Position numbers and translations under genes: made by a program. A DNA stretch of 64,000 nucleotides from contig CANIEU010000001.1 in assembly GCA_947466585.1 (NCBI GenBank), positions 48,414-112,413 of the forward strand. The letters are read 5' to 3'. The notes under the pieces are model-generated. The model saw nothing but the letters and a program-made list of their open reading frames with translations, had not been told where the DNA came from and made no database searches. The stretch comes from Fibrobacterota bacterium. GTDB lineage: Bacteria > Fibrobacterota > Fibrobacteria > UBA11236. Below are positions 28,290 to 38,235 of this stretch, in pieces (positions within the stretch are counted from its first letter, which is position 1; the number at the start of each line of letters is the position of its first letter).

Positions 28290-29429
28290 ATGACAGTGAT
28301 TGCGACGATGGGGATTTTGCTCCTCACCGGAGGCACGGAAGCCGCAACCGCACAGAAAACCGCCGCCGACTCGACCAGCGTAACACCGACCGCTAAAAAG
28401 GCCGGTTATACGATCATCCCCGGATTGAAAATCTCTCCCGAAATCGGCATCGGCGTCGGGATGATGGCTGTCAACCCCCAATCTCCGCGCGAAGGCGCCC
28501 GCATGGAATACCGCCTGCTCTACACCACGCGCGGGCAAGCGGAAGCGCGCATCTCCAACCGCACCACCGAATTTTTCGGCTCGCAATGGGAGGCACGCTT
28601 CGAAGGCAGCTTTCAGCGCTTCCCCGACAGTTATTTCGGAGGCGGCAACAATCCCAACGACTCTGACGAAACCGAATATTCGCCGCTCGGAGGATACGCC
28701 TTTACCTATTTCACGCGCCCCATCGTTGCCGCCGTTCCGCCCATCAAATTCATCGCGGGCGTACGCGCGGAATTCTGGGACATCTCCGACATTCACAAAG
28801 CCGATGGAAGTTTGGGGGCGAGCCAAATTCTGGGCCCGCAAGTTTCCGGGTATCGTGGCGGGCTCGCCGACCTTTGGGAGAGCGGCATCGAGTACGACGC
28901 GCGCGACAGCAAGGACGTGCCCGCGCGCGGCATCCACGCCTCCCAACGCATCGGCACCTCGATCGCGGCGAAGGATGCCTTCCGCTCTTCGGAAAGCTGG
29001 ATCGCGGCGTACCAAACCCTCGGCAGACGTTGGGAAGTCGCGGGCAAACTGTGGCAGAAAACCTTGTTCGGAAACCCGGCCTTTTTTGTGGAGCCGAACC
29101 TGGGCAACGAAGATGTGCTGCGCGGCGTGCCGCATAAACGATTCCGCGACAAGAGCGCGCAGGCGGCGCAGGCCGAAATCCGCTTCGGCTTTCCGCTTGC
29201 GCTTCCGCTCATTGCGGGATGGCTCGGGAAGGATTGGCAGATCGCGACGTTCGGCGAAACCGGGCGCGTGGACAGCGACTTCGAGGAAGCCTCGCAGGGC
29301 ACGCTGCATTACTCCGGCGGCGTGGGCGGGCGGCTTGTGTTCAACAACCGCGTGGGCTGCATGCGCGGCGATCTCGGCTTCAGCGAGCACGGGGTGGCGT
29401 TCATCGTCAAATTCAATCAGGCGTTCTGA
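28290..29429 (+). CDS. Outer-membrane beta-barrel protein of the Omp85/bacterial surface antigen (D15) type
   Basis: Signal peptide then beta-strand-rich sequence ending ...GDLGFSEHGVAFIVKFNQAF; start at MTVIATMG in ORF 28080..29429. Confidence 0.55.
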   Translation: MTVIATMGILLLTGGTEAATAQKTAADSTSVTPTAKKAGYTIIPGLKISPEIGIGVGMMAVNPQSPREGARMEYRLLYTTRGQAEARISNRTTEFFGSQWEARFEGSFQRFPDSYFGGGNNPNDSDETEYSPLGGYAFTYFTRPIVAAVPPIKFIAGVRAEFWDISDIHKADGSLGASQILGPQVSGYRGGLADLWESGIEYDARDSKDVPARGIHASQRIGTSIAAKDAFRSSESWIAAYQTLGRRWEVAGKLWQKTLFGNPAFFVEPNLGNEDVLRGVPHKRFRDKSAQAAQAEIRFGFPLALPLIAGWLGKDWQIATFGETGRVDSDFEEASQGTLHYSGGVGGRLVFNNRVGCMRGDLGFSEHGVAFIVKFNQAF

Positions 29430-29466
29430 ACACGGGCGCTCTCTCACCCCTGCTATCTTTTCTTCG

Positions 29467-30072
29467 ATGCTCCGAATTTCTGAAATATTTTACTCACTCC
29501 AGGGTGAAGGGTTCCATGCAGGAACGCCTGCGATTTTCATCCGCGGCGCGGGCTGCAATCTCGCCTGTGATTTCTGTGACACCGACTTTTCTCTGAAGGA
29601 AAAGTTGGAACCGGAGGAAATCGTCGCCCGCATCGCGGAGCATCCCGCGAAGTTCGTGGTGCTCACCGGCGGCGACCCCACCATTCAGGCCGAAGGCTTT
29701 CGCAAACTCACGGAGTTGCTCCACGCTCGCGGCTATTTCGTGACGATGGAGACCAACGGAACTTCAGAAGACACGCTCGGCGTGGATTGGGTCACGGTCA
29801 GCCCCAAGCTTTCGCAGGGAGGCGACTGGAAGCTGAAAACCGGAAACGAGCTGAAACTGGTATTCGAAGGACAGGATCTGACGTTCTTCGAAGTTTCCAA
29901 TTTTTCACACTATTTCCTTCAACCTAAAGAAATCCGCACGGGGCGCTTCGGCAAGGGCGAGCGGGACCTTGCCGCGACGCGCGCCGAGTGGGAACGCACC
30001 ATCGCCGCCGCGATGGCCCGCCCGCGCTGGAAGCTCTCGTTTCAGTTGCACAAGGAACTGGGCCTGCGCTGA
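29467..30072 (+). CDS. queE: 7-carboxy-7-deazaguanine synthase QueE (radical SAM)
   Basis: MLRISEIFYSLQGEGFHAGTPAIFIRGAGCNLACDFCDT Cx14CxxC motif; in the 3' part of the overlong ORF 28726..30072. Confidence 0.9.
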   Translation: MLRISEIFYSLQGEGFHAGTPAIFIRGAGCNLACDFCDTDFSLKEKLEPEEIVARIAEHPAKFVVLTGGDPTIQAEGFRKLTELLHARGYFVTMETNGTSEDTLGVDWVTVSPKLSQGGDWKLKTGNELKLVFEGQDLTFFEVSNFSHYFLQPKEIRTGRFGKGERDLAATRAEWERTIAAAMARPRWKLSFQLHKELGLR

Positions 30073-30157
30073 TTCCCGCCGGGTAGTTCCATCCGGTACT
30101 TCCATCGGGTGATTTCGACCGGAAACTATCTTTGGGCGCAGGATAAGGGGTTTCAGC

Positions 30158-30871
30158 GTGCCCGCGCCAATCATCAAAACGAAATTGAACCGCACCGCAC
30201 TGGTCGTCTTCTCGGGCGGTCAGGATTCCACCACGTGCCTGCACTGGGCGCTGCAAACCTTCGCATCCGTCGAAGGCGTTTTCTTCGATTACGGTCAGCG
30301 CCACGCTTCCGAAGAACGTGCGGCCCAAACCATCGCCTGGCGTCTCGGCATTCCTTTGCGCCGCTTCAAGCTCGACTTCTTCCGCGAGATGGGCGGCAAC
30401 GCGCTCACCGACAACTCGATGGCGATCTCCACCGAGAACGGAAGCCACGGGCTTCCCAACACCTTCGTGCCCGGCAGGAATCTCCTCTTCCTCACCCAGG
30501 CCGCCTCCTACGCCTACACGCGCAACATCCGCGACGTGGTCACCGGCGTGTGCCAGACCGACTTCAGCGGCTACCCCGATTGCCGGCACGAGACCTTGCG
30601 TGCCCTGCAGCGTGCGCTGCATCTCGGCCTTGGTTGGCCCGAAAGAGGGGGCATCTTCCGCATCCACACCCCGCTGATGTTCCGCACCAAGGCCGAGAGC
30701 GTCGCGCTCGCGCGGCGTTGGGGCGCGCTCGAGTCGCTGGCGTACAGCCACACCTGCTACGAAGGTTCCTTCCCACCCTGTGGAAAATGCCCGTCGTGCC
30801 TGCTGCGCGCGAAGGGCTTCGCAGAGGCGGGCGTGTCCGATCCGATTTTCTCACGACCCGCCGCAGAATAA
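30158..30871 (+). CDS. queC: 7-cyano-7-deazaguanine synthase QueC
   Basis: ALVVFSGGQDSTTCL PP-loop, C-terminal zinc Cys cluster (CYEGSFPPCGKCPSC). Confidence 0.9.
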   Translation: MPAPIIKTKLNRTALVVFSGGQDSTTCLHWALQTFASVEGVFFDYGQRHASEERAAQTIAWRLGIPLRRFKLDFFREMGGNALTDNSMAISTENGSHGLPNTFVPGRNLLFLTQAASYAYTRNIRDVVTGVCQTDFSGYPDCRHETLRALQRALHLGLGWPERGGIFRIHTPLMFRTKAESVALARRWGALESLAYSHTCYEGSFPPCGKCPSCLLRAKGFAEAGVSDPIFSRPAAE

Positions 30872-30917
30872 CCTGCGCACGTGCCGTCACCAGCGACCAC
30901 CGAACGGAAGAGTTGAC

Positions 30918-32516
30918 ATGGCCACCCCTCGATCCGCATCCTCCGCTGCTTCAGCTACACCCGAAACTGCGGATGCTTCCCGCGTCATCCCCACGGACCC
31001 GACGCATTACGATGTGTGCATCATCGGATCGGGGCCGGGCGGTTTTGCGGCGGCCATGCGCGGGTTCGACCTCGGTAAAAAAGTCTGCCTGATCGAAGGC
31101 GGGCACATCGGCGGCGCGGGCATCATGCACGGCGCCATGACCAGTAAAACCATGTGGGAACTGGCCAAGGACTACGCCAACGCTTCGTCCGTCGACCGCG
31201 GTTACCGCGCGGCGGGGCTCATGGTCGATTATCAGGCCGTGCGCGACACCATCATCCAGGCCGCCAAGGAGAAGCAGTACCAACTGCTCTCCCAGATCGA
31301 GACCTTCTCGCCTCCGCGCTGGCAGGGCATCGGATCGACCACGCTCAAACGCGGCTTCGCCCGCTTCCACGATGCCGACTCGGTGGACGTGTCGCTGCAC
31401 AACGGGCGCGAGGAACGCGTCACCGCCGACCACTTCATCATCGCCACCGGTTCGAAGCCGCGCAACTTCGGTGGCATCGTGGTGGACAACGAGCGCATCA
31501 TCAACTCCGACGGCGTGCTGTCGTTCCGGGAATTCCCCAAGCGCCTGCTGATCCTGGGCGCGGGCATCATCGGTTGCGAATACGCGAGCATGTTCTCGAA
31601 CTTCGCGCAGACCAAGGTGCACCTGCTCGACCGCCAACCGCGCATCATTCCTTTCGAAGACGAAGACATCAGCACCTTCGTGAGCCATAACCTCGAACAA
31701 AAAGGCGTGGTGATCCATCATAACGCTTTTTTACGCAGCATCACGCGGCATCCTGACTTTCTGGAAGTGGTGGTGGACTACGAGGGCGGTCGCAGCCAGG
31801 TGCTCGAAGTGGATGCGGCGCTGGTGTCGGTGGGTCGTATTCCCAACCTCGACATGCTCGGCCTCGAAAACATCGGCGTGTCTATCAATGCTCGCGGTGG
31901 TCTCGACACCGACTCCGACTGCCGGGTGCTCGCGACTGAAAAAGGCAACATTTACGCCGTGGGCGACGTGACGCAGCGTTCGGCCTTGTACAACGTCGCC
32001 GAAATGGAAGGTCGCTACGCGATCAAGGCCATGTTCGGCCGCAACAAATACCTGCTGCGCTACCACAACATGTCGACCATCATGTTCTTCAACCCCGAAG
32101 TCGCGGTGGTGGGCCTCAACGAGCAACAATGCCAGGCGCAAAAGATCCCCTACCGCGTGGCGTCGTATTCCAATGCGCTGGTGAACCGCGCCATCGCCAT
32201 GCGGCGCACCGACGGCTTCGTCAAAATCCTCGTCTCCGAAGACGGCCACAACCGCATCCTCGGCATGCGCGCCGCGGGCCCGCAGGCCAGCAGCACCATC
32301 ATGGTGGTCGCCAACCTGATGGATCAGGACAAGGGGCTCGAGGACATCATGAAGTCGATCCACCCGCATCCGTCGATCACCGAGGGCATTCAGGAATGCC
32401 TGCGCCTGATGATGGGCAAGTCGGTGTACAAACCGCTGGCCTTCCCCGAAGCCATGCGCATCCGCGCCTGGAGCCCTGAAAACGGGTATTCCGACGTGGA
32501 TATGATGCCGGCTTGA
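30918..32516 (+). CDS. FAD/NAD(P)-binding oxidoreductase (dihydrolipoamide dehydrogenase / SthA-like) lacking redox-active Cys
   Basis: YDVCIIGSGPGGFAAAMRG FAD Rossmann and GAGIIGCEYA NAD Rossmann motifs, C-terminal dimerisation domain; expected CxxxxC replaced by GGAGIMHGAMTSK. Confidence 0.75.
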   Translation: MATPRSASSAASATPETADASRVIPTDPTHYDVCIIGSGPGGFAAAMRGFDLGKKVCLIEGGHIGGAGIMHGAMTSKTMWELAKDYANASSVDRGYRAAGLMVDYQAVRDTIIQAAKEKQYQLLSQIETFSPPRWQGIGSTTLKRGFARFHDADSVDVSLHNGREERVTADHFIIATGSKPRNFGGIVVDNERIINSDGVLSFREFPKRLLILGAGIIGCEYASMFSNFAQTKVHLLDRQPRIIPFEDEDISTFVSHNLEQKGVVIHHNAFLRSITRHPDFLEVVVDYEGGRSQVLEVDAALVSVGRIPNLDMLGLENIGVSINARGGLDTDSDCRVLATEKGNIYAVGDVTQRSALYNVAEMEGRYAIKAMFGRNKYLLRYHNMSTIMFFNPEVAVVGLNEQQCQAQKIPYRVASYSNALVNRAIAMRRTDGFVKILVSEDGHNRILGMRAAGPQASSTIMVVANLMDQDKGLEDIMKSIHPHPSITEGIQECLRLMMGKSVYKPLAFPEAMRIRAWSPENGYSDVDMMPA

Positions 32517-32713
32517 GAAGGAGTCGGGTCGGTTTCGCATCCGCCGTATTCCCAACGTCCTCTTTCCCGCGCATCCCCGAAAAATCAGGCGATTTTTCGG
32601 CCCCGGGGAGTGCCGATATTATATTTGCCCTATCATTCATCCCCGCATAAAGCGCTGGTTCTGATCGTTTTACAAATCGATTCCCTGTGCTGTTTGCCGT
32701 TATTGGAGTCGTC

Positions 32714-34069
32714 ATGCCCGCCTTTCAACACATTCAGGTTCCCGCCAACGGTAAAGCCATCACGCTCAACCCGGCCAACGGCAAGTTGGTGGTTCCCGAG
32801 CACCCGATCATTCCCTTCATTGAGGGCGACGGCACGGGACCGGATATCTGGAAAGCCTCGCAGCACGTGATCGACGAGACCGTGCGCAAGGTTTACGGCG
32901 GCAAGCGCAAGATCGAGTGGATGGAAGTCTACGCCGGCGAAAAATCGCTTTCGGTGTACGGTGAGAACCAGTGGCTTCCCGAAGAGACGCTGACGGCTTT
33001 CAAGGAATACCTCGTCGGCATCAAGGGACCGTTGACCACGCCCGTGGGCGGCGGCATCACCTCGCTGAACGTGGCGCTGCGCCAGATCCTCGACCTCTAC
33101 GTCTGCCTGCGCCCGGTGCGCTGGTACACCGGCGTGCCCTCGCCCGTCAAGCACCCCGAGAAGGTCGACATGGTGATCTTCCGCGAGAACACCGAAGACA
33201 TTTACGCCGGCATCGAGTGGAAGGGCGGCAGCGAAGACGCCGCCAAGATGCTGGCTTTCCTCGAAAAGGAATACCCCAAGCAGTTCGCGAAGATCCGATT
33301 CGGCACCGAGAAGGCCTCGAAGGCCTGGCAGGGCTTGCTGGAATCGGTCGGCGTACCGGCCCGCACCGTGGGGGTGGACGTGGGCGTGGGCGTGAAGGCC
33401 GTCAGCCAACTCGGCACCGAACGCCTGATGTACAGCGCCATTGATTACGCCATTCGTCACAATCGCAAGAGCGTAACGATCGTGCACAAGGGCAACATCA
33501 TGAAGTTCACCGAGGGCGGCTTCCGCGACTGGAGCTACCGCGTGGCGAAGGAGTTCTTCGGCGCGGAACCCATCGACGGCGGTCCGTGGTGCAAGATCCC
33601 CGCAGGCAAGCCGGGCGCGGGCCTGATCATCAAGGACTCCATCGCCGACATCGCGCTGCAGCAGGTGCTGACGCGTCCCGAGGACTTCGACGTGATCGCC
33701 ACGCTGAACCTCAACGGCGACTATCTGTCGGACGCGCTCGCGGCCCAGGTGGGTGGCATCGGCATCGCGCCGGGCGGCAACATCAATTATCTGACGGGAC
33801 ACGCCATCTTCGAAGCGACTCACGGCACCGCGCCCAAGTATGCGAACCTCGACAAGGTGAACCCGGGTTCGGTCGTGCTTTCCGCAGTGATGATGCTCGA
33901 TCACATCGGGTGGACCGAGGCTGCCCGTGCGATCGAGAGCGCGCTGGAACAAACCATCGGCGCCAAAACGGTAACCTACGACTTCGCACGCCTCATGGAC
34001 GGCGCGAAAGAAGTGGGTTGCTTCGAGTTCGGGACGCTTGTGGCGAACGCGGTTCCCCAGTCGAATTAA
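32714..34069 (+). CDS. icd: NADP-dependent isocitrate dehydrogenase
   Basis: Prokaryotic ICDH signature [26 protein letters not shown]; start [10 protein letters not shown]. Confidence 0.9.
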   Translation: MPAFQHIQVPANGKAITLNPANGKLVVPEHPIIPFIEGDGTGPDIWKASQHVIDETVRKVYGGKRKIEWMEVYAGEKSLSVYGENQWLPEETLTAFKEYLVGIKGPLTTPVGGGITSLNVALRQILDLYVCLRPVRWYTGVPSPVKHPEKVDMVIFRENTEDIYAGIEWKGGSEDAAKMLAFLEKEYPKQFAKIRFGTEKASKAWQGLLESVGVPARTVGVDVGVGVKAVSQLGTERLMYSAIDYAIRHNRKSVTIVHKGNIMKFTEGGFRDWSYRVAKEFFGAEPIDGGPWCKIPAGKPGAGLIIKDSIADIALQQVLTRPEDFDVIATLNLNGDYLSDALAAQVGGIGIAPGGNINYLTGHAIFEATHGTAPKYANLDKVNPGSVVLSAVMMLDHIGWTEAARAIESALEQTIGAKTVTYDFARLMDGAKEVGCFEFGTLVANAVPQSN

Positions 34070-34154
34070 TAGTGGGATAAGGACGAATACGGACGAATAC
34101 GGACGATCAAAAGCGAAGACGGCAACGACGGGTCAGGAAGCAAGGAGTACTCTC

Positions 34155-35342
34155 ATGGCGGGCGATGCAAACACGGACGGCAAAGAGGTTTTGTTCACGA
34201 TCACGCGTGACCACCTCGACACGGGTTTGCGAGGGTTTCCCGTGGGCACCTGTCCCATCAGCGACGTCGATCCGATCAAGGGATTGAGTTATGGCGGTAT
34301 TCCTATCGCCGAACTCGCCCACCTCGATCCGGAAGAGGTCATCCACCTCTTGCTGCGCAAAGAGCTGCCCGACGCGGCCAAGCTAGCCGTGTTCCACGGC
34401 GAACTGCTGGGCCAAGGTCCGCTGAATCCCGGTGTGCTCAAGTTGCTCGAGAGCTTCCCCCGCAAAGGCCATCCGATGAAATGGCTGCTCGGCGGTTTGG
34501 TGGCGATGGGCATGTTCGAAAACGCGGGGGATTACCGCAAGGATTGCCTGCGCGTGATCGCGCAATTGCCCGAACTCGTGGCGGCGATCTTTCGTATCCG
34601 CTCGGGCTGGGGCGCGCCGATCGCTCCGAAACCCGAATTGGGCTGGGTGGAGAATTTCGTGCACATGCTCGGCGCACCCGGCGCATCGCCCGATCTCACG
34701 CGGCTGTTGCGCGTGTTCATGATTCTGCACTTCGACCACGGCGGCGGCAACCTTTCGACCTTCGTGGGCAAGGCCGTGGCCTCGGGCCACGAAGACATGT
34801 ATGGATCGCTGGCCGGCGCCATGGCCGGCCTCGCGGGCCCGTTGCACGGTATGGCCAACCAGGAGTGCCTGCGCTTCGTGAAGGAAGTCGCTGCGGAGAT
34901 CAAGGATCCCACCGATCTTGAAGAAGTCAGCAAGTATGTGGAGAACCGTCTCGCCACCGGCGGCGTGCTGTTCGGCTTCGGCCACGCGGTGCTCCGCGTC
35001 GAAGATCCGCGCGCGACAGTGCAGTACGCCCTCGGCGAAGAAATCGCCCAGAACGATGGTCTGTTCCGCCTCGCAGTTTCGCTGCGCACTGCGGGAGTCG
35101 AAGCTCTGAAGAAGCGCCCGAAGGTCAGTAATCCGTATCCGAACGTCGACGCCGTGTCGGGGACGTTGCTGAACGCCTGCGGCCTGACCGACGAGACGTA
35201 CTATACGGTGCTATTCGGCTTGTCGCGCTGCGTAGGCATTGCGTCGCAGATCGTGTGGGAACGCACCGAGGCGCGGGGTGGCAAGGGAATGCCCATCGTA
35301 CGGCCGAAGTATGTGTACACCGGGCCTGCGGTTAAGGGGTGA
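34155..35342 (+). CDS. gltA: Citrate synthase (small, about 395 aa type)
   Basis: GPLHGMANQE and HGGGN active-site motifs; start MAGDANTDGKEV. Confidence 0.9.
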   Translation: MAGDANTDGKEVLFTITRDHLDTGLRGFPVGTCPISDVDPIKGLSYGGIPIAELAHLDPEEVIHLLLRKELPDAAKLAVFHGELLGQGPLNPGVLKLLESFPRKGHPMKWLLGGLVAMGMFENAGDYRKDCLRVIAQLPELVAAIFRIRSGWGAPIAPKPELGWVENFVHMLGAPGASPDLTRLLRVFMILHFDHGGGNLSTFVGKAVASGHEDMYGSLAGAMAGLAGPLHGMANQECLRFVKEVAAEIKDPTDLEEVSKYVENRLATGGVLFGFGHAVLRVEDPRATVQYALGEEIAQNDGLFRLAVSLRTAGVEALKKRPKVSNPYPNVDAVSGTLLNACGLTDETYYTVLFGLSRCVGIASQIVWERTEARGGKGMPIVRPKYVYTGPAVKG

Positions 35343-35498
35343 TTTTTAAGGAAATGGGTGTTTGGAAGGGGCTCTCGGAAGGGGGCCCTTTCTTTTTAGT
35401 CAGAATTCCGCGAGGTTCCGTTACGAGGTTTACGTCCTGGATATTGGGGTTCTATAATGGGAGCAATGCAATTCAGCGGAAAGGTTTAAGGTCCTAAT

Positions 35499-36053
35499 AT
35501 GACTAAGCAAATAGTCTTCCTTGGAATCCTGATTTTATCTCTCCTCAGCCTTTCAAATGCTGGGCAAAATACGGTTAGCCAAAGCGGAGCAACTGTTGAG
35601 AAATGGAAGTCCTTAGAAAACTGGCGAATGTTAAGGAATGACATGGGTCAGAAAAGTGTGAGAAAAATATTGGGGGAGCCAGAACGTATCAATGGCGGAG
35701 TAGTAGCTTTTTGGAACTATCCAAATGGCGGCGACGTTACCTTCATGGATGGCAAAGTGTCTGGATGGAGTGAGCCACTTAGATGGGATGAGGGATCAGG
35801 AAACGCCTCCTCATCAGATATTGATCCAGATAAATTAGTGCTAGGAATTTTACTGGTTGCGATTCTCTTCTATTTTACACCGATTCTGTGGGTGTTGTTT
35901 TCCAGCCGTTCAACTGGTGGGGCTAAATTCGGTTGGTTCCTTATAACCATTGTGTTTTCTTGGTTAGGATTCGCAGCCTTTTTGATTTTGACGCAAACGG
36001 CAAAGGCCCGTAAGCAATTAGAATCGAAAACATACGGAGGACAAAGTGAGTAG
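35499..36053 (+). CDS. Secreted/membrane protein: BamE (SmpA/OmlA)-like domain plus C-terminal two-TM PLDc_N-like segment
   Basis: Signal peptide; W.L..GM....V...LG.P..I...W.Y..GG.V.F.....V.GW.EP pattern; C-terminal ILFYFTPILWVLF...FGWFLITIVFSWLGFAAFLI. Confidence 0.5.
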   Translation: MTKQIVFLGILILSLLSLSNAGQNTVSQSGATVEKWKSLENWRMLRNDMGQKSVRKILGEPERINGGVVAFWNYPNGGDVTFMDGKVSGWSEPLRWDEGSGNASSSDIDPDKLVLGILLVAILFYFTPILWVLFSSRSTGGAKFGWFLITIVFSWLGFAAFLILTQTAKARKQLESKTYGGQSE

Positions 36054-36405
36054 ATATCATTTCGCAATTTTGATTTCGCTCCTTGTGTCAGCAACCCAAG
36101 CATCTTCACAAACCAGCTACGATTCCATGTCGCAACAGCTTGAAGAGAAGATCATATTACTTGAAAAACGGATTTCCACAATTGAAGATCAATTGAGGGA
36201 AGGGAAAGCACCGATTCAAGCTCCTCCGGGAAAAGCGAGCTGGCGACAGCTTAAAAAGGGCATGTCTGAGGCCGAAGTCGAAGGATTGCTAGGCAGCCCT
36301 GCCAAGATTGAAAATTATGGATCCTTCAGTATTTGGAACTATCAGAAGGGTGGTTCTGTTCAATTCAACGAGGACGCATTAGTCAAAGGTTGGTTCGAGC
36401 CCTGA
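36046..36405 (+). CDS. Secreted BamE-like protein, paralog of preceding ORF, with coiled-coil N-region
   Basis: Signal peptide MSRYHFAILISLLVSATQASSQ; shares the W..L..GM..EV..LLG.P..I...W.Y.GG.V.F....V.GW.EP pattern with 35499..36053. Confidence 0.5.
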   Translation: MSRYHFAILISLLVSATQASSQTSYDSMSQQLEEKIILLEKRISTIEDQLREGKAPIQAPPGKASWRQLKKGMSEAEVEGLLGSPAKIENYGSFSIWNYQKGGSVQFNEDALVKGWFEP

Positions 36406-36430
36406 CTCAAATTCTCTTACGCTATGACTT

Positions 36431-36593
36431 CGGTCTGATGTATGAGACGTACCACACGATGCTGTTCGGCCTGTTGCGCTGCGTGGGCATTGCGTCGCAG
36501 ATCGTGTGGGAACTCACCGAGGCGCGGGGTGACAAGGGAATGCCCATCGTGCGGCCGAAGTACGTGTACACGTGGCCGGCTGTAAAGGGGTGA
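36431..36593 (+). pseudogene. Duplicated 3' fragment of the citrate synthase gene (last roughly 50 codons) with its downstream sequence
   Basis: Translation ...YHTMLFGLLRCVGIASQIVWELTEARGDKGMPIVRPKYVYTWPAVKG closely matches citrate synthase C-terminus; similarity continues about 90 nt past the stop. Confidence 0.7.
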
Positions 36594-36893
36594 TTTTTAC
36601 AGGAAATTGGTGTGTGGAAGGGGCTCCTAGAAGGGGGCCCTTTCCTTTTTAGTCAGAGTTTTTAGAGTCCCCGTGAAGGGGTTTACGAAGTAAGAGCCTA
36701 GGTTTATACTAAAGCTCGTTCACCTAACGACTGAGGCATTTAATCTGCAGTGCTAGTCAAGGTTATTACCACTAGACCAATTTCTGGCCAGATAACCCCG
36801 TAAACACAAATTATCAAAGGCGCCCATCCAATTTGTTGGTTTCGGCCATATGGCAAACCCTACAACTACTCAGAATATGACAGGCAGGCGGAA

Positions 36894-37808
36894 TTGATGA
36901 AGGCAATACAGATATATAAGCCTGGCTATCTCTATGTACTAGTTCACCCATCTAATCCAAATCTCTATAAGATCGGAGTAACTGTCCTTCAACCTGAGAA
37001 GCGATTGGCCCAGCATAACAATCAACACAACAAATACGCGGGCAAGATCGTCAAAGAGTCGGGTCAAAAATGGGAGCTTAAGGCACACATTTCCGTCCCC
37101 GACCCATATTGGGCTGAAAGTGCCTTTTGGGGAGCTACGCATTTCCCGGAAATTCCTTATCGAAAAGGCATCGAAATCGAAATAATGACTTGGGATTTGG
37201 TGCAAATTGGTTTGGAGGCGGCAAAACAGGCCGGGGTTCGACCAACCCCAGCGTCTTACCCTGATTATGTGTATGCCTATACGGCGTCAGTCCAAAAACG
37301 ACTGGAAGGCAGAGGCATTTCCCTCTTAGGATACGTGCGAAGCATGGTGAGCGGAAGATCCGATTTCCGATGCGAAAATGGACACGAATGGCACACGACT
37401 CCTAAACTCGTAGCTGATGGAGAGGGTTGTCCCATTTGTGGGATTGGCACACAGAGTTTAACAGAGATCAGAGAGCGTATTAAGGCCGGCGTTATATTCT
37501 TACTGACACATGAAGGTAGGCCTGGATATTTTAAAATTGGGCTGCATTTAGGCGCTATCGAAAATGCTTTCCAAAACTGGCCTTTTGGCGATTGGCAGTG
37601 TCATCGTTATAGGAATGTGGAGGAAGTCGAACTAGCCATTACAGTTATTTGGGAGTTACTAGGATTGCCTCTTCCCCATGACCAAGAAGCATTCATGATG
37701 GATAAAAAGGAAGCGGAAAAAGCTTTCAGAGATTTGACTTACGTTATCCAGGAACGGACTGCCGCCACCGGGAGGGTCAAAGAGAAACCCAATGACTCCA
37801 ATCGCTAA
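36894..37808 (+). CDS. Tandem T5orf172/MUG113-type GIY-YIG-superfamily protein with an internal zinc ribbon
   Basis: GYLYVLVHPSNPNLYKIGVTVLQPEKRLAQHN matches T5orf172 N-terminal consensus; degenerate repeat GVIFLLTHEGRPGYFKIGLH; CENGHEWHTT...CPICG between them. Confidence 0.55.
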   Translation: MMKAIQIYKPGYLYVLVHPSNPNLYKIGVTVLQPEKRLAQHNNQHNKYAGKIVKESGQKWELKAHISVPDPYWAESAFWGATHFPEIPYRKGIEIEIMTWDLVQIGLEAAKQAGVRPTPASYPDYVYAYTASVQKRLEGRGISLLGYVRSMVSGRSDFRCENGHEWHTTPKLVADGEGCPICGIGTQSLTEIRERIKAGVIFLLTHEGRPGYFKIGLHLGAIENAFQNWPFGDWQCHRYRNVEEVELAITVIWELLGLPLPHDQEAFMMDKKEAEKAFRDLTYVIQERTAATGRVKEKPNDSNR

Positions 37809-38235
37809 ACAAACCGCCCCTTCGGTCAAATCCTTCCTCGCCTCGCTCGACGACGAACAGACCCAAGCGGATGCGAAAATGCTCGTCGCTCTGATGAAGC
37901 GCATCAGCGGGAAAACCCCAAAGATCTGGAACGTCGGCACGATCGGCTTCGACACCTACCACTACAAGTACGACAGCGGACGCGAGGGCGACAACGCCGT
38001 CCTCAGTTTTTACCCCCGCAAGGGCAAGTACACCATTTACCTGATGGACGGCTGCGCACGCCATTCCAAATTGTTGGAAAAACTCGGGAAGCACACCACA
38101 AGCCGCGTTTGCCTCTACTTCAAACGACTCAGCGATTTGGATTTAACCGTCCTGGAAAAAATCCTGGAACAGTCCTACGCCTACATCAAGGCGCAAGACG
38201 GGAACATGGGCCAAGTGCAAGAGGGATGGCGATAA
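37792..38235 (+). CDS. DUF1801 (YdhG-like) domain protein, overlapping the preceding gene by 17 nt
   Basis: 147 aa; pattern consistent with DUF1801. Confidence 0.55.
   Translation: MTPIAKQTAPSVKSFLASLDDEQTQADAKMLVALMKRISGKTPKIWNVGTIGFDTYHYKYDSGREGDNAVLSFYPRKGKYTIYLMDGCARHSKLLEKLGKHTTSRVCLYFKRLSDLDLTVLEKILEQSYAYIKAQDGNMGQVQEGWR

Noticed and set aside
28726-30072. 448-aa ORF spanning the Omp85-like gene and queE
   Set aside because: Its first roughly 250 codons are an out-of-frame read-through of the Omp85-like gene (Arg/Ser-rich nonsense). Only the last 201 codons (from MLRISEIF at 29467) form the recognisable QueE protein.
30073-30157. preQ1 riboswitch upstream of queC
   Set aside because: The region has a small hairpin and a ttccatc direct repeat but does not resemble the compact preQ1-I/II aptamer consensus as I recall it; cannot support a call without a covariance search.
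35343-35440. Rho-independent terminator after citrate synthase (ggaaggggctctcggaagggggccctttcttttt)
   Set aside because: G/C-rich sequence followed by a T-run, but I could not fold a convincing stem by eye. Because it is duplicated with the gene end at 36600-36650 it may be functional; left uncalled.
37215-37245. tRNA-like T-arm motif (ggggttcgaccaacccc)
   Set aside because: Lies inside the T5orf172 coding sequence with no acceptor/anticodon arm context; coincidental.
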